DNA from: Monocercomonoides exilis PA203
Taxonomy: Eukaryota; Protista; Preaxostyla
NCBI GenBank assembly: GCA_001643675.2
Contig: LSRY02000001.1
Span: forward strand, 1,488,001 to 1,552,000
Reading direction: 5' to 3'
DNA: 64,000 nt
Shown piece after piece: positions 1 to 13,961 of the stretch. The notes under the pieces are model-generated. The model saw only the letters and a list, made by a program, of their open reading frames with translations. It ran no database searches and was not told the DNA's origin. Made by a program: the position numbers and the translations under genes. Positions within the stretch are counted from its first letter, which is position 1. The number at the start of each line of letters is the position of its first letter.

Positions 1-1489
1 CCCTGAGCAGATGTGTTTGATGAGCCCAGATGAATACATTAAAACCCCGTCAGGCAACTTCTTTGTGAAGGCATCTGTTAAAAGAGGGGTTCTTCCAATT
101 GTTCTTGAAGACTTGTTGAAGGCGCGTTCGAAGGCGAAGAAGGAGATGAAGGAGGCATCTGACCCGTTCAACGCTGCTGTTCTGAATGGGCGGCAGCTGG
201 CGATGAAGATAATGGCGAATAGCGTTTATGGCTTCACTGGAGCACAGGCAGGAAAGCTTCCTTGTTTGGAGATCTCGCGGAGTGTGACAGCGTTTGGACG
301 AGAAATGATTCTGAAGACGAAGAACATTGTGGAGACTCATTATGTGAAGGCGAACGGGTTTGAGAATGATGCTGTTGTGGTGTATGGAGATACAGATTCA
401 GTTATGGTGAAGTTTGGGATGAAAGACTTGCACACTGCAATGGAGAGAGGGAGAGAGGCAGCAGCGTTCATCACATCGCAGTTTGCTCCGCCTGTCAAAT
501 TGGAGTTTGAGAAGGTATATTGGCCGTATCTGCTGATGTCGAAGAAGCGATATGCGGGGCTGTTCTGGACGAAAGAGGATAAATTTGACAAGATTGACAC
601 GAAGGGCATTGAAACAGTGCGAAGAGATAACTGCCCGATGGTGCGACTGGTGGTGGAGACGTGTCTGCAGAAGATTCTGGTGGCGAGAGATTTGGAAGGC
701 GCACAGAACTTTGCGAAGCAGATCATCGCAGATTTGCTGCAGAACAAGTTGGATATGTCGCTTCTGGTGATCTCCAAGCAGTTCTCAAGGCCAGCAAGCA
801 TGTATTGCTCCAGACAGCCGCATGTGGAGCTTGCAGAAAGGATGAAGAAAAGAGAAGGAACAGCGCCACAAGTTGGAGAAAGAGTGTTCTTTGTGATGGT
901 AGAAGGAGCAAAAGGTGCGAAAGGGTTTGAAAAATCAGAGGATCCGCTGTATGCGATGACGAACGGCATCCCCATTGACACTGACTATTATCTGGAGCAC
1001 CAGCTGAAAGGGCCGCTGAAGCGTCTGTTCTCGCCCATTCTGAAAGAACGTGTGAGCAGTCTGTTTGAAGGTGACCACACGCGAATAAGGAGAAAACCAC
1101 CGACTTCGAGCTCGTCTCAGTCAGCATCATCTGCACTGATGAAGTTTGTGGGTGTGGCACTCGCCTGCATCAACTGTCGGGTGAAGCTGACTCCACAAGA
1201 GACAAACGCTGTATGTTCGTCGTGCAAGACGAGGGAGGGTGAATTTCTGATGGAGGCACAGAAGATCGTTGCACAGGCAGAGGAACAATTTGGATATGTG
1301 ATGGCACAGTGCCAGCGCTGCTCATCCTCTTTGCACACACCTTTCTTATGCTCAAGCAGAGATTGCCCTCTTTTCTATCTTCGTACAAAAGTGAAGAAAC
1401 AAATCGAAGATGCTTACGGATGTTTGGAACGTTTTGGCCCGCCATGCGTAATTCCAAATCCTCCAATTCCTGTATGTTCTATGATTTAG
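1..1489 (+). CDS. POLD1: DNA polymerase delta catalytic subunit, 3' part (5' end outside window)
   Basis: Family-B motifs QLAMKIMANSVYGFTG, YGDTDS, KKRYAG and KGIETVRRD; C-terminal CysA (CINC..CSSC) and CysB (CQRC..CSSRDC) motifs typical of Pol delta. Confidence 0.97.
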   Translation, partial: PEQMCLMSPDEYIKTPSGNFFVKASVKRGVLPIVLEDLLKARSKAKKEMKEASDPFNAAVLNGRQLAMKIMANSVYGFTGAQAGKLPCLEISRSVTAFGREMILKTKNIVETHYVKANGFENDAVVVYGDTDSVMVKFGMKDLHTAMERGREAAAFITSQFAPPVKLEFEKVYWPYLLMSKKRYAGLFWTKEDKFDKIDTKGIETVRRDNCPMVRLVVETCLQKILVARDLEGAQNFAKQIIADLLQNKLDMSLLVISKQFSRPASMYCSRQPHVELAERMKKREGTAPQVGERVFFVMVEGAKGAKGFEKSEDPLYAMTNGIPIDTDYYLEHQLKGPLKRLFSPILKERVSSLFEGDHTRIRRKPPTSSSSQSASSALMKFVGVALACINCRVKLTPQETNAVCSSCKTREGEFLMEAQKIVAQAEEQFGYVMAQCQRCSSSLHTPFLCSSRDCPLFYLRTKVKKQIEDAYGCLERFGPPCVIPNPPIPVCSMI

Positions 1490-1744
1490 AAGTTTTATTT
1501 TTTTCACAATAATAATAAGCATATTTTTATCATTTCATCTTTTCTCTTTATTTGTCTTTGTCATTTTAGTTTTTTTAACAAAATGTATAATTTTTTTAAA
1601 GCGTTATAAACTTAAGAGAATTGATGGGACTTTTTGATCAAATTGATAAAGAATGAAGTGTGTCTGCAAAATGTGACCAAGTTTTTATTTCTTTTATTGC
1701 TTTATGATTTGTTTGATTTTGTATAACATACTAATGCGTTGTGA

Positions 1745-4428
1745 ATGCTTAAAATTTTGCTTAGTCCTCTTAATTTAACTATTAACCCGCAGCCAAGAAA
1801 ATTGACTATTGAAGATATTAAGCACTTCCCAAAAGCTGAGCTTCATTGCCATCTTGGTGTGTTCACATATGTTATGTTATGCATCATTTTTATTTTTCAT
1901 TCCTGCTCATTAAAGACGGAAGCATTCGACCAAAAACAGTCATTGATCTTGCATTGGAGCAAGTTTGCTTTGTTCTTTAAGCAAAGAAATAATCGATTTA
2001 ACTTGGGATTCGTAATGTTATTGATTTTATTTTATTGGTTTTTATTTCATAGGGAGTGAAATTGGACACTTTTGATGTTGACGAATTGACAAAACTTTTA
2101 AAAGTCCCAGAAGATTGCCCTGATCTTACTGTTTATCTTCGTTCATTTGATATTTCGTTGAAAGTTTTGCAACAACCATATGCACTTACCAGAACAGTTT
2201 ATGAAATTGCTGAAGATGCTTATCATGATGGAATTTCATATTTGGAAATTCGTTTTGCTCCAATCCTCCATACTTCAAATGGTCATACTCTCTCAGAAAT
2301 TATGCATGCAGTTGTTGAGGGACGTCTTTTGGCAGAAGCAAATTTCCCTATTACAGTTCGTATCATTGTGTGCGCCATGCGTCAATTGTCTCCTGCTGAA
2401 TCTCTTAATGCTGTGGAAGTTGTGTGGAGATATAGCAACCAAGGCGTTGTTGGTTTTGATGTCGCAGGACCAGAGTTTGGATTCATGCCTGGAAATCATA
2501 AAGACGCATTTGAATTGGCTCACAGAAAGGGTCTTCCCGCAACAATTCATGCTGGAGAAGCTGCTGGATGGGAATCTGTTGATGAAGCTATTAATGTTTG
2601 CGGTGCTCAGAGAATTGGACATGGTGTTCGAATGAACGAAAATCCAAAGTTGGTTCAACACGTGATTAATAGACGCATTCCAGTTGAATCATGCCCAACT
2701 TCAAACACACAAACACGCGCTGTTAAGAGCATGAAAGAGCATCCAATCAGAGAATACTTTGACCAAGGAATGGTTATATTCCCTTGCACTGATAACACAA
2801 CTGTCAGCAACGTTACACTGAGCCAGGAGTATTTGCGCCTTCATTTGGAAAAGGACTTCACAGTTGAGGAATTGGTTAGGATGGTTGACTATGGTCTGTC
2901 ATCTGGCTTCATCTCATACACTCACAGAACACGTTTGCGTTTGGAGTCAATGAAGAAAATTCTGACTTATTTATCGTCTCAAGGATTCAACATCGACGGA
3001 ATTGTCCACGATCTCCCCATCCACGATCGAATTTTCTATTCAATCTGCCCACAGCAAACAGTTCCAAGAATGTACTTTGATAGCTACAAGAACCCAAAAA
3101 TTACAGCAGATTTAATTCGTCAATTACCAAAAGTTGATTTACATGTTAGACTTGTGGGAGGAATGACTTTGGATAATCTTTGGGACTTATCAGCAAAGCA
3201 AAAAGGAAACAAGATGGTCGAAGAATTTGAAACCAAAGAAGCTGTTGTCGAATACTTTAAGAATAAGAACCAAGAAGGAAGCAACTTTGAGTTAGCAAAA
3301 GCACGCAAGTTCATGCTGGATGTTATGCAGTCTAAAGAGCAAATTGAAATTGCGATGGACGATATCTTCCGCGTGTCAAAGTCTGAGAATATTATCTTCC
3401 AATCTCTGATGATCCGTCTGAAAGACCACACAATGGGTGGGTTAAAAGAGGAAGAAGTCATCGAAATTGTAATCAAGTCAAAAGAAGAGAACGAAAAGAA
3501 ATATGGTATTCGCTCTGATATCTTCCTATGCGCACGTCTTCCAGAAGATGATCCATTTGACGTAATGAATACTGCTCAGCTTATCTTGAAATACAGAGAA
3601 AGAGGTGTTGTTGGTTTTGCATCATTTGGTGACGATCTCCCATCGCACGATATCCAATTTTTCCAACAAGCATTTTCATTCATGAAGAAGAACATGATTC
3701 CTGTTATTATATCAGCCGGAAGAACAACTCCAAAATCAGTTCTCTCTGCCGTTGTTGATGGAGGTGCTGCACGTGTCTCTGGTGGCTACACTATCCACAC
3801 ACACCCGTACATCGTCAAGTGGCTTTCAGATCGTCAGATTCCTGTTGATCTTTCAGTCACACAGCACATGAAGGAGCATTCCAAGCGTATGGAATCATTT
3901 GCCGGCAATGTTATACGTTTCTTGTATGACAACGATGTGCGTGTTATTCTTTGCTCAGTTGGTAGAACACTGGAAGGCTGCCCTACTCTGGACACTGTGA
4001 TTGAGCGTGTCGTATCAGATTGCAACATCAAAGTGCACGAACTTCTGGATTTACTGTCATTTGCTGTGAGACGCTGCCTGCTTCCGTTTGCAGAGAAAGA
4101 AGTGCTGTATCGCGATTTTCTAGCTCAGTCCCACGATATTCTGGAGAAGAATGGCTTCCGCCACTTCTGGAAGAAAGCTGTTTATGGCGATACATGCATT
4201 CCATTCCCTGATCCACATCCGAAACTTACAGAGTTGACTGAGGGATCTGCTTCTCCTTCAACTATTCCAAGTGCGGCTCAGACGGAAGCTGCCACGCCAG
4301 CTTCGCAAGCACCTCCGGTGTCTCCTCATGGTGCTCAAACAAAATCACTCAAAGTTACAACACCTTCAGGAAAGGTCATCAGCGTCGAAGGTGGGTCTGC
4401 AAACATGAGACTGGCCGAAGAACAGTAA
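1745..4428 (+). CDS. Adenosine deaminase with two tandem ADA domains; exons about 1745-1856, 1916-1962, 2053-4428 (about 844 aa; start codon uncertain)
   Basis: Splicing two GT-AG introns joins PKAELHCHL-DGSIRP; domain 1 has HAGE, RIGHG, CPTSN and TDN; a second domain starts at LPKVDLHVRLVG. Confidence 0.9.
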
Positions 4429-4940
4429 GGAGCGGAGACAAAAGGTGTTTGCGAGTGTTATGAAATTGTATAGCGATTATAATTTCTGTTAATATCATTT
4501 TTACACCTGGTGTCTGTATTTATTGGGACACTCGTGCTTTCGTTTATTTTCAACAGGGCAAAATTTTTCAAGAATTTTGCTTCAGTTCCACATATTTAAA
4601 TATAATATTGTTTTTCATATGCGGATCTGACAATGTATGTTTGAAATCCATCAATGTATATGAGTGGCTTTCTTCATTATTTTTTAAAATTGTACCTTTC
4701 ACAACACCATTAAGCTTAATATTTACATATTATCCTTAAGTTACGATTTTTTATTTCATTATGCTTTAAAAGAACATCAAAGAAAAAATTTTTTTTCTTC
4801 TCCAATGTCGAAGTGCATAAAATGAAGTGAATGCAAGAAATATCCTTGCACATAAACTCAAACGAAAGATAGTACCGAAAAAAATACTTGTTTTTTTGAA
4901 AAAAATGATGAAGAAGTTTTGAAAGCAATCTCCATTTTAA

Positions 4941-7900
4941 TTATGATGTAATGAAAGGTGCCACTTCTGCTTTTCTTTCATCTGAAAGCGTTTCCCAGAC
5001 TTCTGCCATTGTTTGAGGCGACAAGCATTTCCTTATCACACCCAACATCGCAATGAACTTCGCATCTGTTTGCTCATCAACAAGTTTTGATTTTACAACA
5101 TTAATCATGATTTTGAACAGTCTAGTCAGACACGGCACTGCTCTTGATGTGGCAGGCAGAAGAACAGGATTGGCAAGGGCTGCTTTCACTTCAGCTGCCA
5201 CCGCCTCGTCTCCGCCTCCGAGGACTCCATCATCGTTGGATTCCAAAAGTGTGCACAAAAAGGCATGGTTTGCAACTGCTTCCAATTCGTCATTCAGCAA
5301 CGGCAAATGAGGCAGCCACAGTGCGATCATTTTGTCAACATCGTTGGCGTGTTCTGGATGGCCTGTTGCTTGATACATCATCACTTTCATTAGAGCAGAA
5401 ACTGCATTGTCTCGGCAGGAAAGCTCTTCTTCTTCCTCCTCGTTCACTGGCAGTTGAATCGCCACTCCAATAACTTCTAAAGCTTTGGCATAAAACGGAG
5501 CAAACAGCTCGCCTCCAATCTTTGCACAAATTCCAATACCACAAATTGCATTTTGTCTGGTCGCTGGCTCCTTCGTAACGACTTCATTTCTTGGATCTGC
5601 AAGACGCAGATAGTGCGGCATGAAATTCGGTATTTGCTTCACAGCAACATCTCCACCATACTCCAAATAATCACCCATCAAAAACAGACCGCAGACTCTG
5701 TCCTGCAAGTCTGCCGAGAGTGGCTCGGCAGGGGGAGGAGGAAGTGTTACGAACTCAAAGATAACGGGCATCAGAAGCTCAAATCCTTGCTCAAAGCCAG
5801 AACCGTATATTTTCAGCAGTGTTGATACGCATTCATCGATCATTCCCAGAACTTCGTCTTCAACATCAGCCTCTTGTGCAGCATCCTCGTCGTCCAATCC
5901 AATTAGCAGCTCGTTTTCCTGGTTGTATGTCCCGCTCCTCAGCCTTAATCTTCTTCGGCGGCATTCAATGAATTGCGCCTTCAAAAATGAAGTCAGCGAA
6001 ACAACATCTAAATTCCCTGCCCATGGAGGAATTGCAGCAAGCGGTGATGTTGCGCCAAATGGGCAGATTGTGTTTTGAAAATAAGGCGACTGGGGATTGA
6101 GCAGAGGAGCGATAGCTTTGATGCAGTCGTTCATGACAACCAACAGCGTTTTTCTATCTGCAGCCACAGTGACATCTTGATTTATCGCCATCATCATTGC
6201 TGGAAGCGCTTCATTCACCATTTTGACTGGATGCACTCCTTCACCCGGCGGAATCAAAGCAGGTGTTTTTTGCAGTGCTGGAGAGATGCCAGCTGCAGTG
6301 AAAGCAGGATCCACATAATCTGGGCGGAAATCAGAGTCAGCTGGGATCGGAGACAAGCTTTCCACACAGCTGGCAATAAGGTCGCCCACCTCATTCAAAG
6401 GACAGGCTGCGTCACCTCTCGACAAATCGTCTTGAAGCTGCTTCAGAGCCACGTCAAACGCTTCCTTTGCATACGGTGCAAAATACGGTCCCATAAAATC
6501 TGTGATGACTGAAAGCCGCTCAAGCGCATCTTTCCGATCCTTCATTGCGTTTCTTGCCTGCTGAAAGGCTGGATCTTGTGCAGCATCCACTTCGGCTGCA
6601 ATGTCCTCCAGAGCAGCTCCTAAACTGCCAGATGCGATGCTGGCTGCACTTATCTGTGCCGGCCCTGCAGGAATGCTTTCCACCGTCTGTGAGCAGCGAC
6701 GGATAAGAGGCGGAATGACTGTCGGGCACAGCATTGTGAAGCGGGGTCCCATCAGCTCTGCCATTCGCGTCCACGACACTTCAATGCTTTCTGCTCGATC
6801 GTCATCGTCAGACGAACTGATTGGCTGGGCAATTCCGCTTGCTTGAAATGTGACTGCTGCCGGTCGAGCAGCAGATGCTGATGAAGAGGAGGTAGCCAAT
6901 TCTGACTGGATTGTGTTGTATATTCTCAGCAATGCAGTCACATACGGTTCAATCGCAGGCGCAGCGATCTGCTTGCCAACAGAGCAAAGAAGCGAGCCAA
7001 GGCACTGAATTCCGGCTGCCTGAAAACTCTTATCATCGGCTGTAACCACATTCTCTGCTTGCACAATGCTCATCAGGAACGGGCTGAGAAGAGAATAGAA
7101 CGGCTTCACAGCGTCTCCCATGTTTTCAATCACGATTTCAAGACACTGAACAGCTTGAAGCTTCATTTTGAAGTCCGCAAGCTGTGTGTATGGGTAGATG
7201 GCTTTGATAATTGACTCGACAAATGGTTTGAGCAAAGCGCTTGGCGTGTTTTCAGCAATATCAACAGAAAGCCTCAGAAACACATCGCGAAGTGTTGGCA
7301 CATTGTTCCAGCGTTCTGTTGTAAGGCCGCTGATGCACTGCTCGATAACAGTCTTGACAAGCGATGCTTTTGATGTGAAGCGCTTTTGGCAGTCGCGGAA
7401 CAGAGCAGCAAAGACATTCACGCCTGCGTGACACACACGCGGCACGGTGTGCAGCTGGGACTGCGATGCCAATGAAATGATGTACTTCATCTGGTCGCGG
7501 GTGATCCGCTTGGCGTATGTCTCGAGACAGAACGCGATCTGCAGAAGAGCTGTCATGTGCGCACGCCAGTCGGTTTGGGCCATCAGACTGGTGATGAGCT
7601 CAAAATGAATTGGTAGTAGGAATTTTCCTCCTGAAATAAAGCATTGAGATGAAAATGAATAAGAAGAAAAGGAGAAAGTCGCAATTTCATATATGTATAT
7701 ATATATATGTATAATCATTGATGAAGGAAGAAATTGTGTTTGAATGAAAAAGAAAATATAAAGAAATGAAAATAAGGATCAAACCAACTGCCTTTGAAAA
7801 GCGATCAATATTTATGCTCATGTTATGAAGGGATTTATCTGCATCATCATCAGGCTTCAATATCAAAAATATTCAAATTATAAAAAATACAACAATAAAA

Positions 7901-9274
7901 AAAAGACTTAAAATATAAGCACACGTCATCAGGTTGAGTTTCCCAAGTTGGAGATGGTCTGAAATTAATCATTGTAATAGTCAAGATTTTCAAGAAGTTG
8001 TCTGTGAATTCTCTGTTCTTCTTGATTCTCTTTCTGAACGAATATGCAAAGTTGAGCAAGAGCTCAATGGCAGAAGTTCGAAGGCTGCACATAGAATCCA
8101 TCACAGAACATGGAAGCACGCCAGGAATATCTTGTGACGGTGAGGTCGTCACAACCGTTGCATCAGGCGTCGCAGATGCAGAAGGAACTGCTCCTCGTGC
8201 AACTGCTTGATCATAAGCGTTGTATGAATTGATGATTGCCTCTTCGCATGTGGTTGCTATTTGAAATAATGACTTTGTTAAAGAATCAAACACAGGCTCA
8301 AAGAACATTGGCCGCGCTTCTGCAATAGTAATCATCGAAGAAATTTGTTCTATTGCTTCTGCGTACAAGCCATCGTGAAGTTTGGCTGTTAAAAGCTGAA
8401 GCAAAAGAGGAGAAAGTTTTGAGTATATTTTTGCATTTTCACTCTTTCTTCCTGACGATGAAAGCATGGTGGCAAGAGCATCCATTGCAAAACTTTTAAT
8501 CTAAAAAATATGCGTCAAATTTAAAATAATATATAACTTTCTTCATTCGTGGAAAATCTATTTTCAAACCTTTGCACTTTCGGTGTCTTTCAAAGCATTT
8601 TCAAGAATAACTGACAGTGTTTGCGCAAATTGTTCAAAATATTCTCCATTTGATTCTACAACAACAGAAAAAATCTCAATTGATCTTTCGCGAACTTGTG
8701 GATTTTTGTTTCTTGTCCATTCAAACAATGATTTCAGAAAGTCTGGCCAATCCTTCAGCCCTTTGGAATAATAAAAAATTCATGTTGATATAAACATTCG
8801 GGAAAATATTTGTAATTTCATTTAATGCAAACCTTGAGCAATGTCCGAAGATCCTATTTCTGCAATTATCAAAGAAACAAATCTTCTCATTTTTGAAGGT
8901 GTCCTATCATCGAGAAGGAAAAAAACTGTTTCTTGAATAAGCCATGACTTTGTCTCCTGTGAAATGTGATAAAAAATTGAAGAAATCATCTTTGTATTCA
9001 CGAGATGAGAGCGAAGAGTTACAAGAGCAAGTTCTTGAACCTATCATCAGCAGAAAACAATTTTTTCATATCTTTTTCAAAAAAATGCTTATAAAATTCA
9101 TACAGCCTCGTTTGATGAAGTTCTGCACATTCCAAGAAGCGCACGAACATAGTTATCTGGACTACCTTCGAGAAGTTGTTTAAGAAATAATTCTCCTTCT
9201 TTGCGCATCGCATTATTCCCAGATGAAATCTTCAAAAGTTGTTGTTCAACATTCTTAGGATCGAGTAATTCCAT
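4941..9274 (-). CDS. IPO5: Importin-5 / karyopherin beta-3 (Kap121-like), multi-exon
   Basis: HEAT-repeat protein with WPDFLKSLFEW..P.VRE, IDRFSKAVGGK, DWRAHMTALL, PRVCHAG and C-terminal DNAVSALMK..WLPHLPL..DELEA..FLCTLLE; small GT-AG exons from the ATG at 9274. Confidence 0.85.
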
Positions 9275-9447
9275 GAATATTTGAAAATGCTTTATAAATC
9301 TTTTTTATTATTCAATATTAAAAAATAAAAATATTTAAAAAGGGCAATTGAGGATTTCCGGATCAAAAATATTTTTCCTCCTTTTGTTCGAAATAAAACG
9401 TGAAATGCTTAAATATAAATAAAATGAAGTGTAAATTTTTATAACAA

Positions 9448-10341
9448 TTATTTAGGATCAGTTGCAGAGGTTGATATGCGTGATTGTGTTGTTTCTTTCT
9501 GTTGAGAACTTTCTGGTTGAGATGGTGGAATTGTTTTGGAAGATGTGGAAAGTGTCGAGGAAGAATCAGAAGATTCTTTTGTTGTCTGTTGCCCAGAAGC
9601 AGGATGTGTGGTGAGAGAAGTCGAAGAAGACGTTGGCGGTGAATGTGTGGATTGTTGTGTAGTGATTTCGCCTTGCTTTCCTTGGAGAAGTGAATGAGCC
9701 CCCATTGCAATCCCTGGAGGAACTGCTGGTCCGCCCATAAATGTACCAGGCATCCCCATCGGAACTTTCATTCCGGAAGGCATCATCATTCCAGGTTGCA
9801 TCATCATGCCAGGCATAGACATCATTCCGGGCATCCCTAACATCCCTTGCATTGGAGGAAATCCTGGAGCGCCAGGCATCCCAGGAGCTCCTCGTCCTCC
9901 AGCCCCTGGAATTACAGGTCCAAATGGTAATGGACCAGCCATTGGAAAAGTCACTGCACCTGCTCTTCCCATAAAAGGCATGGACATTGCAGGATGCATC
10001 GCTCTTCCTGCAAATAAAGATGCGCCTGGTTGATTTATCCCTGGGATCGATTGTCCAAGTCCTGATGAAGAAAAATTAATATTTCAAAGATACTAATCGA
10101 AAAATGTTATACCTGCTGGTTGTTGTTTCAAAAATTGAGAGTAATACTTATATACATTTGCTTGATGCTTTTGACCGCTGTTATGTGCCCTTCGAACTTT
10201 CACTACAAGAAAAAGATAAAAAATAAAATGCAAAAATAACACAATATTAAAAAGTTTACTTATCTCAATACATGGCTATTAAAACAAACAAGAATCGTGG
10301 GTTAGCACAACATCGCAATAATCGCAATAGTACTTGGGCAT
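9448..10341 (-). CDS. SNRPC: U1 snRNP protein C (3 exons)
   Basis: Spliced N-terminus [30 protein letters not shown] (matrin-type zinc finger) followed by a Met/Pro/Gly-rich tail. Confidence 0.93.
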
Positions 10342-11072
10342 TAAATAACAAAAGCAAGAACTATTGCAGTAAAGTAATTGTATGGGTGGTGATGATCTTT
10401 GATGAAAGGTGGTAAAAAATATCACAAGTTTTGTTGTGTTTTTAAAAAGGCATTTGCTTTTTAACGTGTCATTTAGATAAGAGGAAGCAAAATGAGTATA
10501 AAATTTTTTCCATACATGGTGATGAATTTTGTTGACTTTTATTATCATTTTTTCATTGATAAATTTAATTCTATTAAATTTTCAGATTTGGTGTTGTTGA
10601 ACAAAGAATAAACAACGTCAAACTTGCTTTATGCATTCCTAATGTCAAAGAAAAAGAATCTATTTTATTATGGAAATATAAGTGGATCGTTCTTATCAGT
10701 TTCAATAACATTATTTGTTGATTTTTTTGATGATTTTGGACAATTGTTCAAAAATACACATGAATATAATATTGTAAAATATGTGAATTTATCTTCTTCA
10801 ATAAAAAATAAAAATTATTTCTTTTGAATTTTCTTCTGTGTGAGTTTTCAATTACTAATTACGTTTCTGAATTGAACAAAAAAACTCATAAAAATTATTT
10901 GAAAAATTCTGTTTTTAAAAATAAAATATTGAACGAACTTTAAAACCATATTGTTGTACTCATAATTGGTGTGACAAAATAGAACAAATAAATAAAATAT
11001 TGAATTGCACTCAAAAAAATAAAAACCACAGAAAAAATAAGGAAAAAAAGCGAAGTGGAAAAAGCTCAAAAA

Positions 11073-12535
11073 TCACAAATACGCTCGCTGAAGTGCGCGA
11101 AACAGTTCTGTCAGTTTATCTGTCAAAATTGCAAACGAAAAAAAAAAATAGTAACAAAAAACAATTAAAAAAAAAAAGCAGGCAAACCATTTGCATCAAT
11201 AAATCCGGACACAGTCGCTGGAGGAAACACTCCAATAACTTCTCTTTCGCACAGCTTGCGTCCAGTTATCCAGTGCCCGCTGCTTGTGCGAAGGAGAACA
11301 TCACGTGCAGGCGGAGACGCACTTGGGAAAAGCAGTCGTGTTTGTTGGGGCAAAAAATGAATAAAAAGCAATTTTTGCAGGAATTAAAAAAAAAAAAAAA
11401 AGAGAGAGAGAGAGAGAGAGAAAGAAATGAATTAAATATTATGAAAATGCACATACACGTTGAGCGTTTTATGGATTTCACAGACAAGATGAAGGATATC
11501 GCGTTGAAGAAAGATTTTGGAGTCTTCATCTGAAGAAGACAGTTCTTGTTGCATTATCCAATGAAGTTTAAATTTATAAGTAAAAAATAAAATATATTGT
11601 TTTGGTAATGGAGACATAATTAAAAAGATTATTAATATTTTCATGGGATAAAAAATAAATAGAGATACCATCTGCAATGTTTGACCTGATCAGCAAGTCA
11701 ACATGATTGATAAACACATGTCTCACAAGTTTTTGCCTGTATTTCATACAAAACGTTAATAAAAAAAAACAGCTTATTCGAAGCAAAGAATGATTCGTTT
11801 GATTTTTTGATCAAACCTCCGTTCTTCCGCTTTCTGTGAATGGTGCTTGTCGCTTGAAGAAGGCGAGCGTTTGGCTGAGGAAGAGAAGAACGGAACGGAC
11901 GACTTGGAAAGAGCAGACAAAGAGCGGTCCATTTCAGAGAGGACCGAGGAAGGGAAGAAGAGCTGAGAGGAAGGAGAAGGGCTGGGCTGAGATGGCTGTG
12001 AAGTGGATGACGTGGCTGGGGAAGAGGAAGAGCTTGGCTGTGGAATGAAGAGGAGGTATGAAATGTTGGAGTGCTGAAATGACAAGGATAGGAATTATTA
12101 TTATTATTATTATTGTATAAGTTAATATATATCAATCATAAGAAATAGGATGATAGTCAATGTAATGCAATCAATAACAGAAAAATCGTGAAGCATTTGT
12201 CGTTTGAAAATCAAAAGAAAATTAAAAACATGAAAAATAATAATAATAATAATAATAATTTTGATTTATCTTCACAAATAAATGCAATCCACAGAATGTT
12301 CTGGTATTTTCATTGGAAATCAGGCAAACTTTGAATATCAGAAGGCGATGAGGTTCTGAGCCGTTGTCTAAATAGACAAGCGGAAAAGAGCTAAGCGGAG
12401 TGGCATCGACGATTTCGGATTCAGTCTTCACTTTGAACTTCACTGGCTCAGGCACAAAACCTCTGAAGAAAATAGACAAGTATATGGAAGGAGATTTATT
12501 GCAAACAATATAAAATCAATAAAATTTTTTATTAA

Positions 12536-12614
<79 letters not shown>

Positions 12615-13961
12615 ATATTTAGCAATCAATTCTGGAAGCGAAAGAAACGAAATACGAAGCAAACAATGTCTCGGCAGACGAGCACAAAAACGGATGAAGA
12701 AGATAAGGGTTGGCAGTTATTGCAGGGCCATCTGACTTTGTTGATGCCCTTGAAGATTTTGCGATTGACGTGGATGAATAAGCCGGCGGCATCGAATTCT
12801 GTGAATTTTGTTTTGCTTCAGCTGAAGTTGAAGACTGCAGAAGAGGGTGCAGCGGCGAAGGGGCAGAGGATTGCTTGCTTTCTGCTTCTGCTGCACCGTC
12901 CTCTTTGGACAGCAGCTGTCCAAAGCGTCGTTGCTCTGCTGGTAGAAGCATGCTCCCGAAAAGCAAAACATACAAGGCGTGAGTGTCGTCCATGTTCAAC
13001 TCCGAAAATAGCAATGATTTCTCGTGAAACAACGCCACCCTCGTAACAAACGGAAATAAGGATTCAATTTCTGAAACCATTGTCTGCAAAAAAAGAAAGA
13101 AAGAAAGAAAGAAAAAGAAAAAGAAAAAGAAAAGAAAATAAAAGAAAAAGTTTTCAATTAATAAAGTGTGAGAAAGATAATGAAATTTGGAAAATTTACC
13201 TGTGCGCAAAGAGCGGAAGGTGTCGAAAGCAACGCTACATCAAGTCCAGATAGTCTATCAAAAAACGTCATTCGCGTAAAATCCAAGTGTTCAACATTAA
13301 ATTGGAAGAATGTGTTGCATCTGTCTCGAAGTTCTTTTCTGCTAAATTGGTTCATTGATCCATTTGTTAACTATTTTTGATAAAAATAAACTGAATTTTC
13401 TAATTTTTAAAATATGAAATCTCAAACTCTAAAATTTATATATAATTGCTGAACAATTCCTCTTAGAATGAAGTCATGCAAGTCATTTGGAAAACTCATT
13501 TCAATTGCTTCATCTTTCACCGGAACTATTAAAGATGGATTTTTTACAACCTAAAAATATATTTGCAATATGCAATAAAAATATGTGTTTTCAAACACTT
13601 CAACATACCATCACCATGTGATAATTTTCTTCAGGTTCAAAAAAAATATATCTATGCTTTTCAAGGTGAACAGATTCACATTTTCCACCAAAATTTTTTG
13701 AAAACGAACTATATTTAAAAAATAAATAAAGTAAAGTAAAGTAAAAATAAAATAAACATGGCTATATGCTTATGAGAATTAAATGGAGTAAGAATACGTT
13801 GCAAAATTAATGATAGCTTCAAAAAAACCGCAGAAATTTAGTTGTTCACTCATTGATGTTGTTGAAGGATAAAAAAATAAAAGCTTTTCTGTTTCGGAAT
13901 CCTTTCTACCAATTTCCGGATTGTATATCACGAAATTATCGACAAAAGGTAAATTTATCAT
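11073..13961 (-). CDS. CCZ1: Vacuolar fusion protein CCZ1 homologue (Mon1-Ccz1 GEF subunit), multi-exon; 3' end at 11073 or 11165
   Basis: N-terminal FVIYNPEIGRKDSETEKLLFFYP..CGFFEAIINF, FFEPEENYHMVMVV, and C-terminal WITGRKLCERE match CCZ1 longin motifs; exons have GT-AG borders. Confidence 0.8.
12534..12616. repeat. (AAAT)n microsatellite, about 21 copies, in a CCZ1 intron
   Basis: Directly visible. Confidence 0.95.
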
